In this document: positions 11,001 through 23,000 of the stretch, one piece after another
Position numbering within the stretch: the first letter of the stretch is position 1
Layout: each line of letters begins with the position of its first letter
NCBI RefSeq assembly: GCF_009914755.1
Contig: NC_060947.1
Source: the human T2T-CHM13v2.0 reference genome, Homo sapiens
DNA length: 64,000 nucleotides
Strand: one strand, 5' to 3'
Translations under genes and position numbers: made by a program
Notes under the pieces: model-generated
The model's database searches: none
What the model saw: the letters and a program-made list of their open reading frames with translations, nothing else
Told to the model about the DNA's origin: nothing

Positions 11001-14000
11001 ATGTTCAACTCTGGGAGTTGAATGCAATCATCACAGAGCAGTTTCTGAGAATGCTTCTATGTCGTTTTTAGGAGAAGATATTTCCTTTTCCAACACAGTC
11101 CTCCAAGCCCGCTAAATAGCCACTTGCACATTGTAGAAAAAGTGTGTCAAAGCTGCGCTATCAAAGGGAAAGTTCAACTCTGTGAGGTGAATGCAAACAT
11201 CCCAAAGAAGTTTCTGAGAATGCTTCCGTTTAGCTTTTAGGTGAAGATTATCCCGTTTCCAACGAAACCTTCAAAGAGGTCCAAATATCCCCTTGCGGAT
11301 CCCACAGAAAGAGTGTTTCGAAACTGCTGTTTCAAAAGGAATCTTCAACTCTGTGAGTTGAATGCAATCATCACAAAGAAGTTTCTGACAATGCTTCTCT
11401 CTCGTCTTTCTGTGAAGATAAAGGAAAAGGCTTTCAGGCCTTTTCCACCACAGGCCTGAAAGCGCTCCAAATGTCCACTTGCAGATTCTGCCAAAAGAAT
11501 ATTTCAAAACTGCTCTATGAAAAGCAATGTTAAACTCTGTGGCTGGAACACAAACATCACAAAGCGGTTTCTGAGAATGTTTCAGTTTAGTTTTTCTGTG
11601 GAAATATTCCCGTTTCCAAAGAAATCTTCAAAGAGGTCCACGTATCCACTTACAGATTCTACAAAAAGACAGTTTCAAAACTGCTCCATCAAAAGGAGGG
11701 TTCAACTGTGTGACTTGAATGCAATCATCACTCAGAAGTTTCTGAGAATGCTTCTCTTTAGTTTTTACGTGAACATATACCCGTTTCGAACGAAGGCCAG
11801 CCAGTGGTCCAAATATCCACTTGCAGATTATACAGAAAGAGTGTTTCGAACCTGAACTCTCAAAGGCAGGTTCATCTCTGCGAGTTAAATGCATTCATCA
11901 TGAAGAACTTTCTCAGAGTGTTTGTGTTTAGTTATGGGAAATTATTCCCGTTTCCAACGAAATCCTCAGAGAGCTCCAAATATCCACCTGCAGATTCTAC
12001 CAAAAGTGTATTTGGAAACTGCTCCATCAAAAGGCATGTTCAGCTCTGTGAGTGAAACTCCATCATCACAAAGAATATTCTGAGAATGCTTCCGTTTGCC
12101 TTTTATCTGAAGTTCCTTCCTGTACTACCGTAGGCCTCAAAGCAGTCCAAATCTCCATTTGCAGATTCTACAAAAAGAGTGATTCCAATCTGCTCTATCA
12201 ATAGGATTGTTCAACTCCATGAGTTGAATGCCATCCTCACAAAGTCGTTTCTGAGAATGCTTCTATCTGGTTTTTGTGTGAAGATATTTCCTTTTCCACC
12301 ACAGGCCTCAAAGCCCTCCAAACGTCCACTTGCAGATTCTCGAAAAAGAGTGTTTCATAGCTGCTCTTTCAAAAGGAAAGTTCAACTCTGGGGGTTGAAT
12401 ACAAACATCACAAAATAGTTTCCGAGAATGCTTCTGTTTAGTTTTTATGTGAAGATGATCCCGTTTCCAGTGAAATCTTCAAAGAGGTCCACATATCCCC
12501 TTGCAGATTCCAAAGAAAGAGGGTTTAAAAACTGCTCCATCAGAAGGATTGTTCAACTCTGTGAGTTGAATGCAGTCATCGCAGAAAACTTTCTGAGAAT
12601 GCTTCTGTCTAGGTTTGATGTGAAGATATAGACGTTTCAAACGAAGGCTACAAAGTGGTCAAAATATACACTTGCAGATTCTACTACAAGGGTGTTGCAA
12701 ACCTGAACTATCAAAGGAAGGTTCAACTCTGTGAGTTGAATACAAACATCACAAAGAATGTTCTGAGTTTGCTTCCGTTCAGTTATGGGAAGTTGATCCC
12801 GTTTCCAACGAAATCCTCAGAGAGGTCCAAATATCCCCTCACAGATTCTACAAAACGTGTGTTTGGAAACTGCTCCATCATAACGAATGTTCAGCTCCCT
12901 GAGTTAAACTCCATCGTCACAAAGAATTTTCTGAGAGTGCTACCGTCTGGTTTTTATATGAAGTTCTTTCCTTCACTATCACAGGCCTCAAAGAGGTCGA
13001 AATCTCCACTTGCAGATTCTACAAAAAGAGTGTTTGCAAACTGCTCTATCAAAAGGAATGTTCAACTCTGGGAGTTGAATGCAATCATCACAGAGCAGTT
13101 TCTGAGAATGCTTCTATGTCGTTTTTAGGAGAAGATATTTCCTTTTCCAACACAGTCCTCCAAGCCCGCTAAATAGCCACTTGCACATTGTAGAAAAAGT
13201 GTGTCAAAGCTGCGCTATCAAAGGGAAAGTTCAACTCTGTGAGGTGAATGCAAACATCCCAAAGAACTTTCTGAGAATGCTTCCGTTTAGCTTTTAGGTG
13301 AAGATTATCCCGTTTCCAACGAAACCTTCAAAGAGGTCCAAATATCCCCTTGCGGATCCCACAGAAAGAGTGTTTCGAAACTGCTGTTTCAAAAGGAATC
13401 TTCAACTCTGTGAGTTGAATGCAATCATCACAAAGAAGTTTCTGACAATGCTTCTCTCTCGTCTTTCTGTGAAGATAAAGGAAAAGGCTTTCAGGCCTTT
13501 TCCACCACAGGCCTGAAAGCGCTCCAAATGTCCACTTGCAGATTCTGCCAAAAGAATATTTCAAAACTGCTCTATGAAAAGCAATGTTAAACTCTGTGGC
13601 TCGAACACAAACATCACAAAGCGGTTTCTGAGAATGCTTCAGTTTAGTTTTTCTGTGGAAATATTCCCGTTTCCAAAGAAATCTTCAAAGAGGTCCACGT
13701 ATCCACTTACAGATTCTACAAAAAGACAGTTTCAAAACTGCTCCATCAAAAGGAGGGTTCAACTGTGTGACTTGAATGCAATCATCACTCAGAAGTTTCT
13801 GAGAATGCTTCTCTTTAGTTTTTACGTGAACATATACCCGTTTCGAACGAAGGCCACCCAGTGGTCCAAATATCCACTTGCAGATTCTACAGAAAGAGTG
13901 TTTCGAAACTGAACTCTCAAAGGCAGGTTCATCTCTGCGAGTTAAATGCATTCATCATGAAGAACTTTCTCAGCGTGTTTGTGTTTAGTTATGGGAAATT

Positions 14001-17000
14001 ATTCCCGTTTCCAAAGAAATCCTCAAAGAGCTCCAAATATCCACCTGCAGATTCTACCAAAAGTGTATTTGGAAACTGCTCCATCAAAAGGCATGTTCAG
14101 CTCTGTGAGTGAAACTCCATCATCACAAAGAATATTCTGAGAATGCTTCCGTTTGCCTTTTATATGATGTTCCTTCCTGTACTACCGTAGGCCTCAAAGC
14201 AGTCCAAATCTCCATTTGCAGATTCTACAAAAAGAGTGATTCCAATCTGCTGTATCAATAGGATTGTTCAACTCCATGAGTTGAATGCCATCCTCACAAA
14301 GTCGTTTCTGAGAATGCTTCTATCTGGTTTTTGTGTGAAGATATTTCCTTTTCCACCACAGGCCTCAAAGCCCTCCAAACGTCCACTTGCAGATTCTCGA
14401 AAAAGAGTGTTTCATAGCTGCTCTTTCAAAAGGAAAGTTCAACTCTGGGAGTTGAATACAAACATCACAAAATAGTTTCCGAGAATGCTTCTGTTTAGTT
14501 TTTATGTGAAGATGATCCCGTTTCCAGTGAAATCTTCAAAGAGGTCCACATATCCCCTTGCAGATTCCAAAGAAAGAGGGTTTAAAAACTGCTCCATCAG
14601 AAGGATTGTTCAACTCTGTGAGTTGAATGCAGTCATCGCAGAAAACTTTCTGAGAATGCTTCTGTCTAGGTTTGATGTGAAGATATAGACGTTTCAAACG
14701 AAGGCTACAAAGTGGTCAAAATATACACTTGCAGATTCTACTACAAGGGTGTTGCAAACCTGAACTATCAAAGGAAGGTTCAACTCTGTGAATTGAATAC
14801 AAACATCACAAAGAATGTTCTGAGTTTGCTTCCGTTCAGTTATGGGAAGTTGATCCCGTTTCCAACGAAATCCTCAGAGAGGTCCAAATATCCCCTCGCA
14901 GATTCTACAAAACGTGTGTTTGGAAACTGCTCCATCAAAACGAATGTTCAGCTCCCTGAGTTAAACTCCATCGTCACAAAGAATTTTCTGAGAGTGCTAC
15001 CGTCTGGTTTTTATATGAAGTTCTGTCCTTCACTACCACAGGCCTCAAAGCGGTCCAAATCTCCACTTGCAGATTCTACAAAAAGAGTGTTTGCAAACTG
15101 CTCTATCAAAAGGAATGTTCAACTCTGGGAGTTGAATGCAATCATCACAGAGCAGTTTCTGAGAATGCTTCTATGTCGTTTTTAGGAGAAGATATTTCCT
15201 TTTCCAACACAGTCCTCCAAGCCCACTAAATAGCCACTTGCACATTGTAGAAAAAGTGTGTCAAAGCTGCGCTATCAAAGGGAAAGTTCAACTCTGTGAG
15301 GTGAATGCAAACATCCCAAAGAAGTTTCTGAGAATGCTTCCGTTTAGCTTTTAGGTGAAGATTATCCCGTTTCCAACGAAACCTTCAAAGAGGTCCAAAT
15401 ATCCCCTTGCGGATCCCACAGAAAGAGTGTTTCAAAACTGCTGTTTCAAAAGGAATCTTCAACTCTGTGAGTTGAATGCAATCATCACAAAGAAGTTTCT
15501 GACAATGCTTCTCTCTCGTCTTTCTGTGAAGATAAAGGAAAAGGCTTTCAGGCCTTTTCCACCACAGGCCTGAAAGCGCTCCAAATGTCCACTTGCAGAT
15601 TCTGCCAAAAGAATATTTCAAAACTGCTCTATGAAAAGCAATGTTAAACTCTGTGGCTGGAACACAAACATCACAAAGCGGTTTCTGAGAATGTTTCAGT
15701 TTAGTTTTTCTGTGGAAATATTCCCGTTTCCAAAGAAATCTTCAAAGAGGTCCACGTATCCACTTACAGATTCTACAAAAAGACAGTTTCAAAACTGCTC
15801 CATCAAAAGGAGGGTTCAACTGTGTGACTTGAATGCAATCATCACTCAGAAGTTTCTGAGAATGCTTCTCTTTAGTTTTTACGTGAACATATACCCGTTT
15901 CGAACGAAGGCCACCCAGTGGTCCAAATATCCACTTGCAGATTCTACAGAAAGAGTGTTTCGAACCTGAACTCTCAAAGGCAGGTTCATCTCTGCGAGTT
16001 AAATGCATTCATCATGAAGAACTTTCTCAGAGTGTTTGTGCTTAGTTATGGGAAATTATTCCCGTTTCCAACGAAATCCTCAGAGTGGTCCAAATATCCA
16101 CCTGCAGATTCTACCAAAAGTGTATTTGGAAACTGCTCCATCAAAAGGCATGTTCAGCTCTGTGAGTGAAACTCCATCATCACAAAGAATATTCTGAGAA
16201 TGCTTCCGTTTGCCTTTTATCTGAAGTTCCTTCCTATACGACCGTAGGCCTCAAAGCAGTCCAAATCTCCATTTGCAGATTCTACAAAAAGAGTGATTCC
16301 AATCTGCTCTATCAATAGGATTGTTCAACTCCATGAGTTGAATGCCATCCTCACAAAGTCGTTTCTGAGAATGCTTCTATCTAGTTTTTATGTGAAGATA
16401 TTTCCTTTTCCACCACAGGCCTCAAAGCCCTCCAAACGTCCACTTGCAGATTCTCGAAAAAGAGTGTTTTATAGCTGCTCTTTCAAAAGGAAAGTTCAAC
16501 TCTGGGAGTTGAATACAAACATCACAAAGTAGTTTCCGAGAATGCTTCTGTTTAGTTTTTATGTGAAGATGATCCCGTTTCCAGTGAAATCTTCAAAGAG
16601 GTCCACATATCCCCTTGCAGATTCCAAAGAAAGAGGGTTTCAAAACTGCTCCATCAGAAGGATTGTTCAACTCTGTGAGTTGAATGCAGTCATCGCAGAA
16701 AACTTTCTGAGAATGCTTCTGTCTAGGTTTGATGTGAAGATATAGATGTTTCAAACGAAGGCTACAAAGTGGTCAAAATATACACTTGCAGATTCTACTA
16801 CAAGGGTGTTGCAAACCTGAACTATCAAAGGAAGGTTCAACTCTGTGAGTTGAATACAAACATCACAAAGAATGTTCTGAGTTTGCTTCCGTTCAGTTAT
16901 GGGAAGTTGATCCCGTTTCCAACGAAATCCTCAGAGAGGTCCAAATATCCCCTTGCAGATTCTACAAAACGTGTGTTTGGAAACTGCTCCATCATAACGA

Positions 17001-20000
17001 ATGTTCAGCTCCCTGAGTTAAACTCCATCGTCACAAAGAATTTTCTGAGAGTGCTACCGTCTGGTTTTTATATGAAGTTCTTTCCTTCACTACCACAGGC
17101 CTCAAAGCGGTCCAAATCTCCACTTGCAGATTCTACAAAAAGAGTGTTTGCAAACTGCTCTATCAAAAGGAATGTTCAACTCTGGGAGTTGAATGCAATC
17201 ATCACAGAGCAGTTTCTGAGAATGCTTCTATGTCGTTTTTAGGAGAAGATATTTCCTTTTCCAACACAGTCCTCCAAGCCCGCTAAATAGCCACTTGCAC
17301 ATTGTAGAAAAAGTGTGTCAAAGCTGCGCTATCAAAGGGAAAGTTCAACTCTGTGAGGTGAATGCAAACATCCCAAAGAAGTTTCTGAGAATGCTTCCGT
17401 TTAGCTTTTAGGTGAGGATTATCCCGTTTCCAACGAAACCTTCAAAGAGGTCCAAATATCCCCTTGCGGATCCCACAGAAAGAGTGTTTCGAAACTGCTG
17501 TTTCAAAAGGAATCTTCAACTCTGTGAGTTGAATGCAATCATCACAAAGAAGTTTCTGACAATGCTTCTCTCTCGTCTTTCTGTGAAGATAAAGGAAAAG
17601 GCTTTCAGGCCTTTTCCACCACAGGCCTGAAAGCGCTCCAAATGTCCACTTGCAGATTCTGCGAAAAGAATATTTCAAAACTGCTCTATGAAAAGCAATG
17701 TTAAACTCTGTGGCTCAAACACAAACATCACAAAGCGGTTTCTGAGAATGCTTCAGTTTAGTTTTTCTGTGGAAATATTCCCGTTTCCAAAGAAATCTTC
17801 AAAGAGGTCCACGTATCCACTTACAGATTCTACAAAAAGACAGTTTCAAAACTGCTCCATCAAAAGGAGGGTTCAACTGTGTGACTTGAATGCAATCATC
17901 ACTCAGAAGTTTCTGAGAATGCTTCTCTTTAGTTTTTACGTGAACATATACGCGTTTCGAACGAAGGCCACCCAGTGGTCCAAATATCCACTTGCAGATT
18001 CTACAGAAAGAGTGTTTCGAACCTGAACTCTCAAAGGCAGGTTCATCTCTGCGAGTTAAATGCATTCATCATGAAGAACTTTCTCAGAGTGTTTGTGTTT
18101 AGTTATGGGAAATTATTCCCGTTTCCAAAGAAATCCTCAGAGAGCTCCAAATATCCACCTGCAGATTCTACCAAAAGTGTATTTGGAAACTGCTCCATCA
18201 AAAGGCATGTTCAGCTCTGTGAGTGAAACTCCATCATCACAAAGAATATTCTGAGAATGCTTCCGTTTGCCTTTTATATGAAGTTCCTTCCTGTACTACC
18301 GTAGGCCTCAAAGCAGTCCAAATCTCCATTTGCAGATTCTACAAAAAGAGTGATTCCAATCTGCTCTATCAATAGGATTGTTCAACTCCATGAGTTGAAT
18401 GCCATCCTCACAAAGTAGTTTCTGAGAATGCTTCTATCTGGTTTTTGTGTGAAGATATTTCCTTTTCCACCACAGGCCTCAAAGCCCTCCAAACGTCCAC
18501 TTGCAGATTCTCGAAAAAGAGTGTTTCATAGCTGCTCTTTCAAAAGGAAAGTTCAACTCTGGGAGTTGAATACAAACATCACAAAATAGTTTCCGAGAAT
18601 GCTTCAGTTTAGTTTTTATGTGAAGATGATCCCGTTTCCAGTGAAATCTTCAAAGAGGTCCACATATCCCCTTGCAGATTCCAAAGAAAGAGGGTTTCAA
18701 AACTGCTCCATCAGAAGGATTGTTCAACTCTGTGAGTTGAATGCAGTCATCGCAGAAAACTTTCTGAGAATGCTTCTGTCTAGGTTTGATGTGAAGATAT
18801 AGACGTTTCAAACGAAGGCTACAAAGTGGTCAAAATATACACTTGCAGATTCTACTACAAGGGTGTTGCAAACCTGAACTATCAAAGGAAGGTTCAACTC
18901 TGTGAGTTGAATACAAACATCACAAAGAATGTTCTGAGTTTGCTTCCGTTCAGTTATGGGAAGTTGATCCCGTTTCCAACGAAATCCTCAGAGAGGTCCA
19001 AATATCCCCTCGCAGATTCTACAAAACATGTGTTTGGAAACTGCTCCATCATAACGAATGTTCAGCTCCCTGAGTTAAACTCCATCGTCACAAAGAATTT
19101 TCTGAGAGTGCTACCGTCTGGTTTTTATATGAAGTTCTTTCCTTCACTACCACAGGCCTCAAAGCGGTCCAAATCTCCACTTGCAGATTCTACAAAAAGA
19201 GTGTTTGCAAACTGCTCTATCAAAAGGAATGTTCAACTCTGGGAGTTGAATGCAATCATCACAGAGCAGTTTCTGAGAATGCTTCTATGTCGTTTTTAGG
19301 AGAAGATATTTCCTTTTCCAACACAGTCCTCCAAGCCCGCTAAATAGCCACTTGCACATTGTAGAAAAAGTGTGTCAAAGCTGCGCTATCAAAGGGAAAG
19401 TTCAACTCTGTGAGGTGAATGCAAACATCCCAAAGAAGTTTCTGAGAATGCTTCCGTTTAGCTTTTAGGTGAAGATTATCCCGTTTCCAACGAAACCTTC
19501 AAAGAGGTCCAAATATCCCCTTGCGGATCCCACAGAAAGAGTGTTTCGAAACTGCTGTTTGAAAAGGAATCTTCAACTCTGTGAGTTGAATGCAATCATC
19601 ACAAAGAAGTTTCTGACAATGCTTCTCTCTCGTCTTTCTGTGAAGATAAAGGAAAAGGCTTTCAGGCCTTTTCCACCACAGGCCTGAAAGCGCTCCAAAT
19701 GTCCACTTGCAGATTCTGCCAAAAGAATATTTCAAAACTGCTCTATGAAAAGCAATGTTAAACTCTGTCGCTCGAACACAAACATCACAAAGCAGTTTCT
19801 GAGAATGCTTCAGTTTAGTTTTTCTGTGGAAATATTCCCGTTTCCAAAGAAATCTTCAAAGAGGTCCACGTATCCACTTACAGATTCTACAAAAAGACAG
19901 TTTCAAAACTGCTCCATCAAAAGGAGGGTTCAACTGTGTGACTTGAATGCAATCATCACTCAGAAGTTTCTGAGAATGCTTCTCTTTAGTTTTTACGTGA

Positions 20001-23000
20001 ACATATACCCGTTTCGAACGAACGCCACCCAGTGGTCCAAATATCCACTTGCAGATTCTACAGAAAGAGTGTTTCGAACCTGAACTCTCAAAGGCAGGTT
20101 CATCTCTGCGAGTTAAATGCATTCATCATGAAGAACTTTCTCAGAGTGTTTGTGTTTAGTTATGGGAAATTATTCCCGTTTCCAACGAAATCCTCAGAGA
20201 GCTCCAAATATCCACCTGCAGATTCTACCAAAAGTGTATTTGGAAACTGCTCCATCAAAAGGCATGTTCAGCTCTGTGAGTGAAACTCCATCATCACAAA
20301 GAATATTCTGAGAATGCTTCCGTTTGCCTTTTATATGAACTTCCTTCCTGTACTACCGTAGGCCTCAAAGCAGTCCAAATCTCCATTTGCAGATTCTACA
20401 AAAAGAGTGATTCCAATCTTCTCTATCAATAGGATTGTTCAACTCCATGAGTTGAATGCCATCCTCACAAAGTAGTTTCTGAGAATGCTTCTATCTGGTT
20501 TTTGTGTGAAGATATTTCCTTTTCCACCACAGGCCTCAAAGCCCTCCAAACGTCCACTTGCAGATTCTCGAAAAAGAGTGTTTCATAGCTGCTCTTTCAA
20601 AAGGAAAGTTCAACTCTGGGAGTTGAATACAAACATCACAAAGTAGTTTCCGAGAATGCTTCTGTTTAGTTTTTATGTGAAGATGATCCCGTTTCCAGTG
20701 AAATCTTCAAAGAGGTCCACATATCCCCTTGCAGATTCCAAAGAAAGAGGGTTTCAAAACTGCTCCATCAGAAGGATTGTTCAACTCTGTGAGTTGAATG
20801 CAGTCATCGCAGAAAACTTTCTGAGAATGCTTCTGTCTAGGTTTGATGTGAAGATATAGACGTTTCAAACGAAGGCTACAAAGTGGTCAAAATATACACT
20901 TGCAGATTCTACTACAAGGGTGTTGCAAACCTGAACTATCAAAGGAAGGTTCAACTCTGTGAGTTGAATACAAACATCACAAAGAATGTTCTGAGTTTGC
21001 TTCCGTTCAGTTATGGGAAGTTGATCTCGTTTCCAACGAAATCCTCAGAGAGGTCCAAATATCCCCTTGCAGATTCTACAAAACGTGTGTTTGGAAACTG
21101 CTCCATCATAACGAATGTTCAGCTCCCTGAGTTAAACTCCATCGTCACAAAGAATTTTCTGAGAGTGCTACCGTCTGGTTTTTATATGAAGCTCTTTCCT
21201 TCACTACCACAGGCCTCAAAGCGGTCCAAATCTCCACTTGCAGATTCTACAAAAAGAGTGTTTGCAAACTGCTCTATCAAAAGGAATGTTCAACTCTGGG
21301 AGTTGAATGCAATCATCACAGAGCAGTTTCTGAGAATGCTTCTATGTCGTTTTTAGGAGAAGATATTTCCTTTTCCAACACAGTCCTCCAAGCCCGCTAA
21401 ATAGCCACTTGCACATTGTAGAAAAAGTGTGTCAAAGCTGCGCTATCAAAGGGAAAGTTCAACTCTGTGAGGTGAATGCAAACATCCCAAAGAAGTTTCT
21501 GAGAATGCTTCCGTTTAGCTTTTAGGTGAAGATTATCCCGTTTCCAACGAAACCTTCAAAGAGGTCCAAATATCCCCTTGCGGATCCCACAGAAAGAGTG
21601 TTTCGAAACTGCTGTTTCAAAAGGAATCTTCAACTCTGTGAGTTGAATGCAATCATCACAAAGAAGTTTCTGACAATGCTTCTCTCTCGTCTTTCTGTGA
21701 AGATAAAGGAAAAGGCTTTCAGGCCTTTTCCACCACAGGCCTGAAAGCGCTCCAAATGTCCACTTGCAGATTCTGCCAAAAGAATATTTCAAAACTGCTC
21801 TATGAAAAGCAATGTTAAACTCTGTGGCTGGAACACAAACATCACAAAGCGGTTTCTGAGAATGTTTCAGTTTAGTTTTTCTGTGGAAATATTCCCGTTT
21901 CCAAAGAAATCTTCAAAGAGGTCCACGTATCCACTTACAGATTCTACAAAAAGACAGTTTCAAAACTGCTCCATCAAAAGGAGGGTTCAACTGTGTGACT
22001 TGAATGCAATCATCACTCAGAAGTTTCTGAGAATGCTTCTCTTTAGTTTTTACGTGAACATATACCCGTTTCGAACGAAGGCCACCCAGTGGTCCAAATA
22101 TCCACTTGCAGATTCTACAGAAAGAGTGTTTCGAACCTGAACTCTCAAAGGCAGGTTCATCTCTGCGAGTTAAATGCATTCATCATGAAGAACTTTCTCA
22201 GAGTGTTTGTGTTTAGTTATGGGAAATTATTCCCGTTTCCAACGAAATCCTCAGAGAGCTCCAAATATCCACCTGCAGATTCTACCAAAAGTGTATTTGG
22301 AAACTGCTCCATCAAAAGGCATGTTCAGCTCTGTGAGTGAAACTCCATCATCACAAAGAATATTCTGAGAATGCTTCCGTTTGCCTTTTATATGAACTTC
22401 CTTCCTGTACTACCGTAGGCCTCAAAGCAGTCCAAATCTCCATTTGCAGATTCTACAAAAAGAGTGATTCCAATCTTCTCTATCAATAGGATTGTTCAAC
22501 TCCATGAGTTGAATGCCATCCTCACAAAGTAGTTTCTGAGAATGCTTCTATCTGGTTTTTGTGTGAAGATATTTCCTTTTCCACCACAGGCCTCAAAGCC
22601 CTCCAAACGTCCACTTGCAGATTCTCGAAAAAGAGTGTTTCATAGCTGCTCTTTCAAAAGGAAAGTTCAACTCTGGGAGTTGAATACAAACATCACAAAG
22701 TAGTTTCCGAGAATGCTTCTGTTTAGTTTTTATGTGAAGATGATCCCGTTTCCAGTGAAATCTTCAAAGAGGTCCACATATCCCCTTGCAGATTCCAAAG
22801 AAAGAGGGTTTCAAAACTGCTCCATCAGAAGGATTGTTCAACTCTGTGAGTTGAATGCAGTCATCGCAGAAAACTTTCTGAGAATGCTTCTGTCTAGGTT
22901 TGATGTGAAGATATAGACGTTTCAAACGAAGGCTACAAAGTGGTCAAAATATACACTTGCAGATTCTACTACAAGGGTGTTGCAAACCTGAACTATCAAA

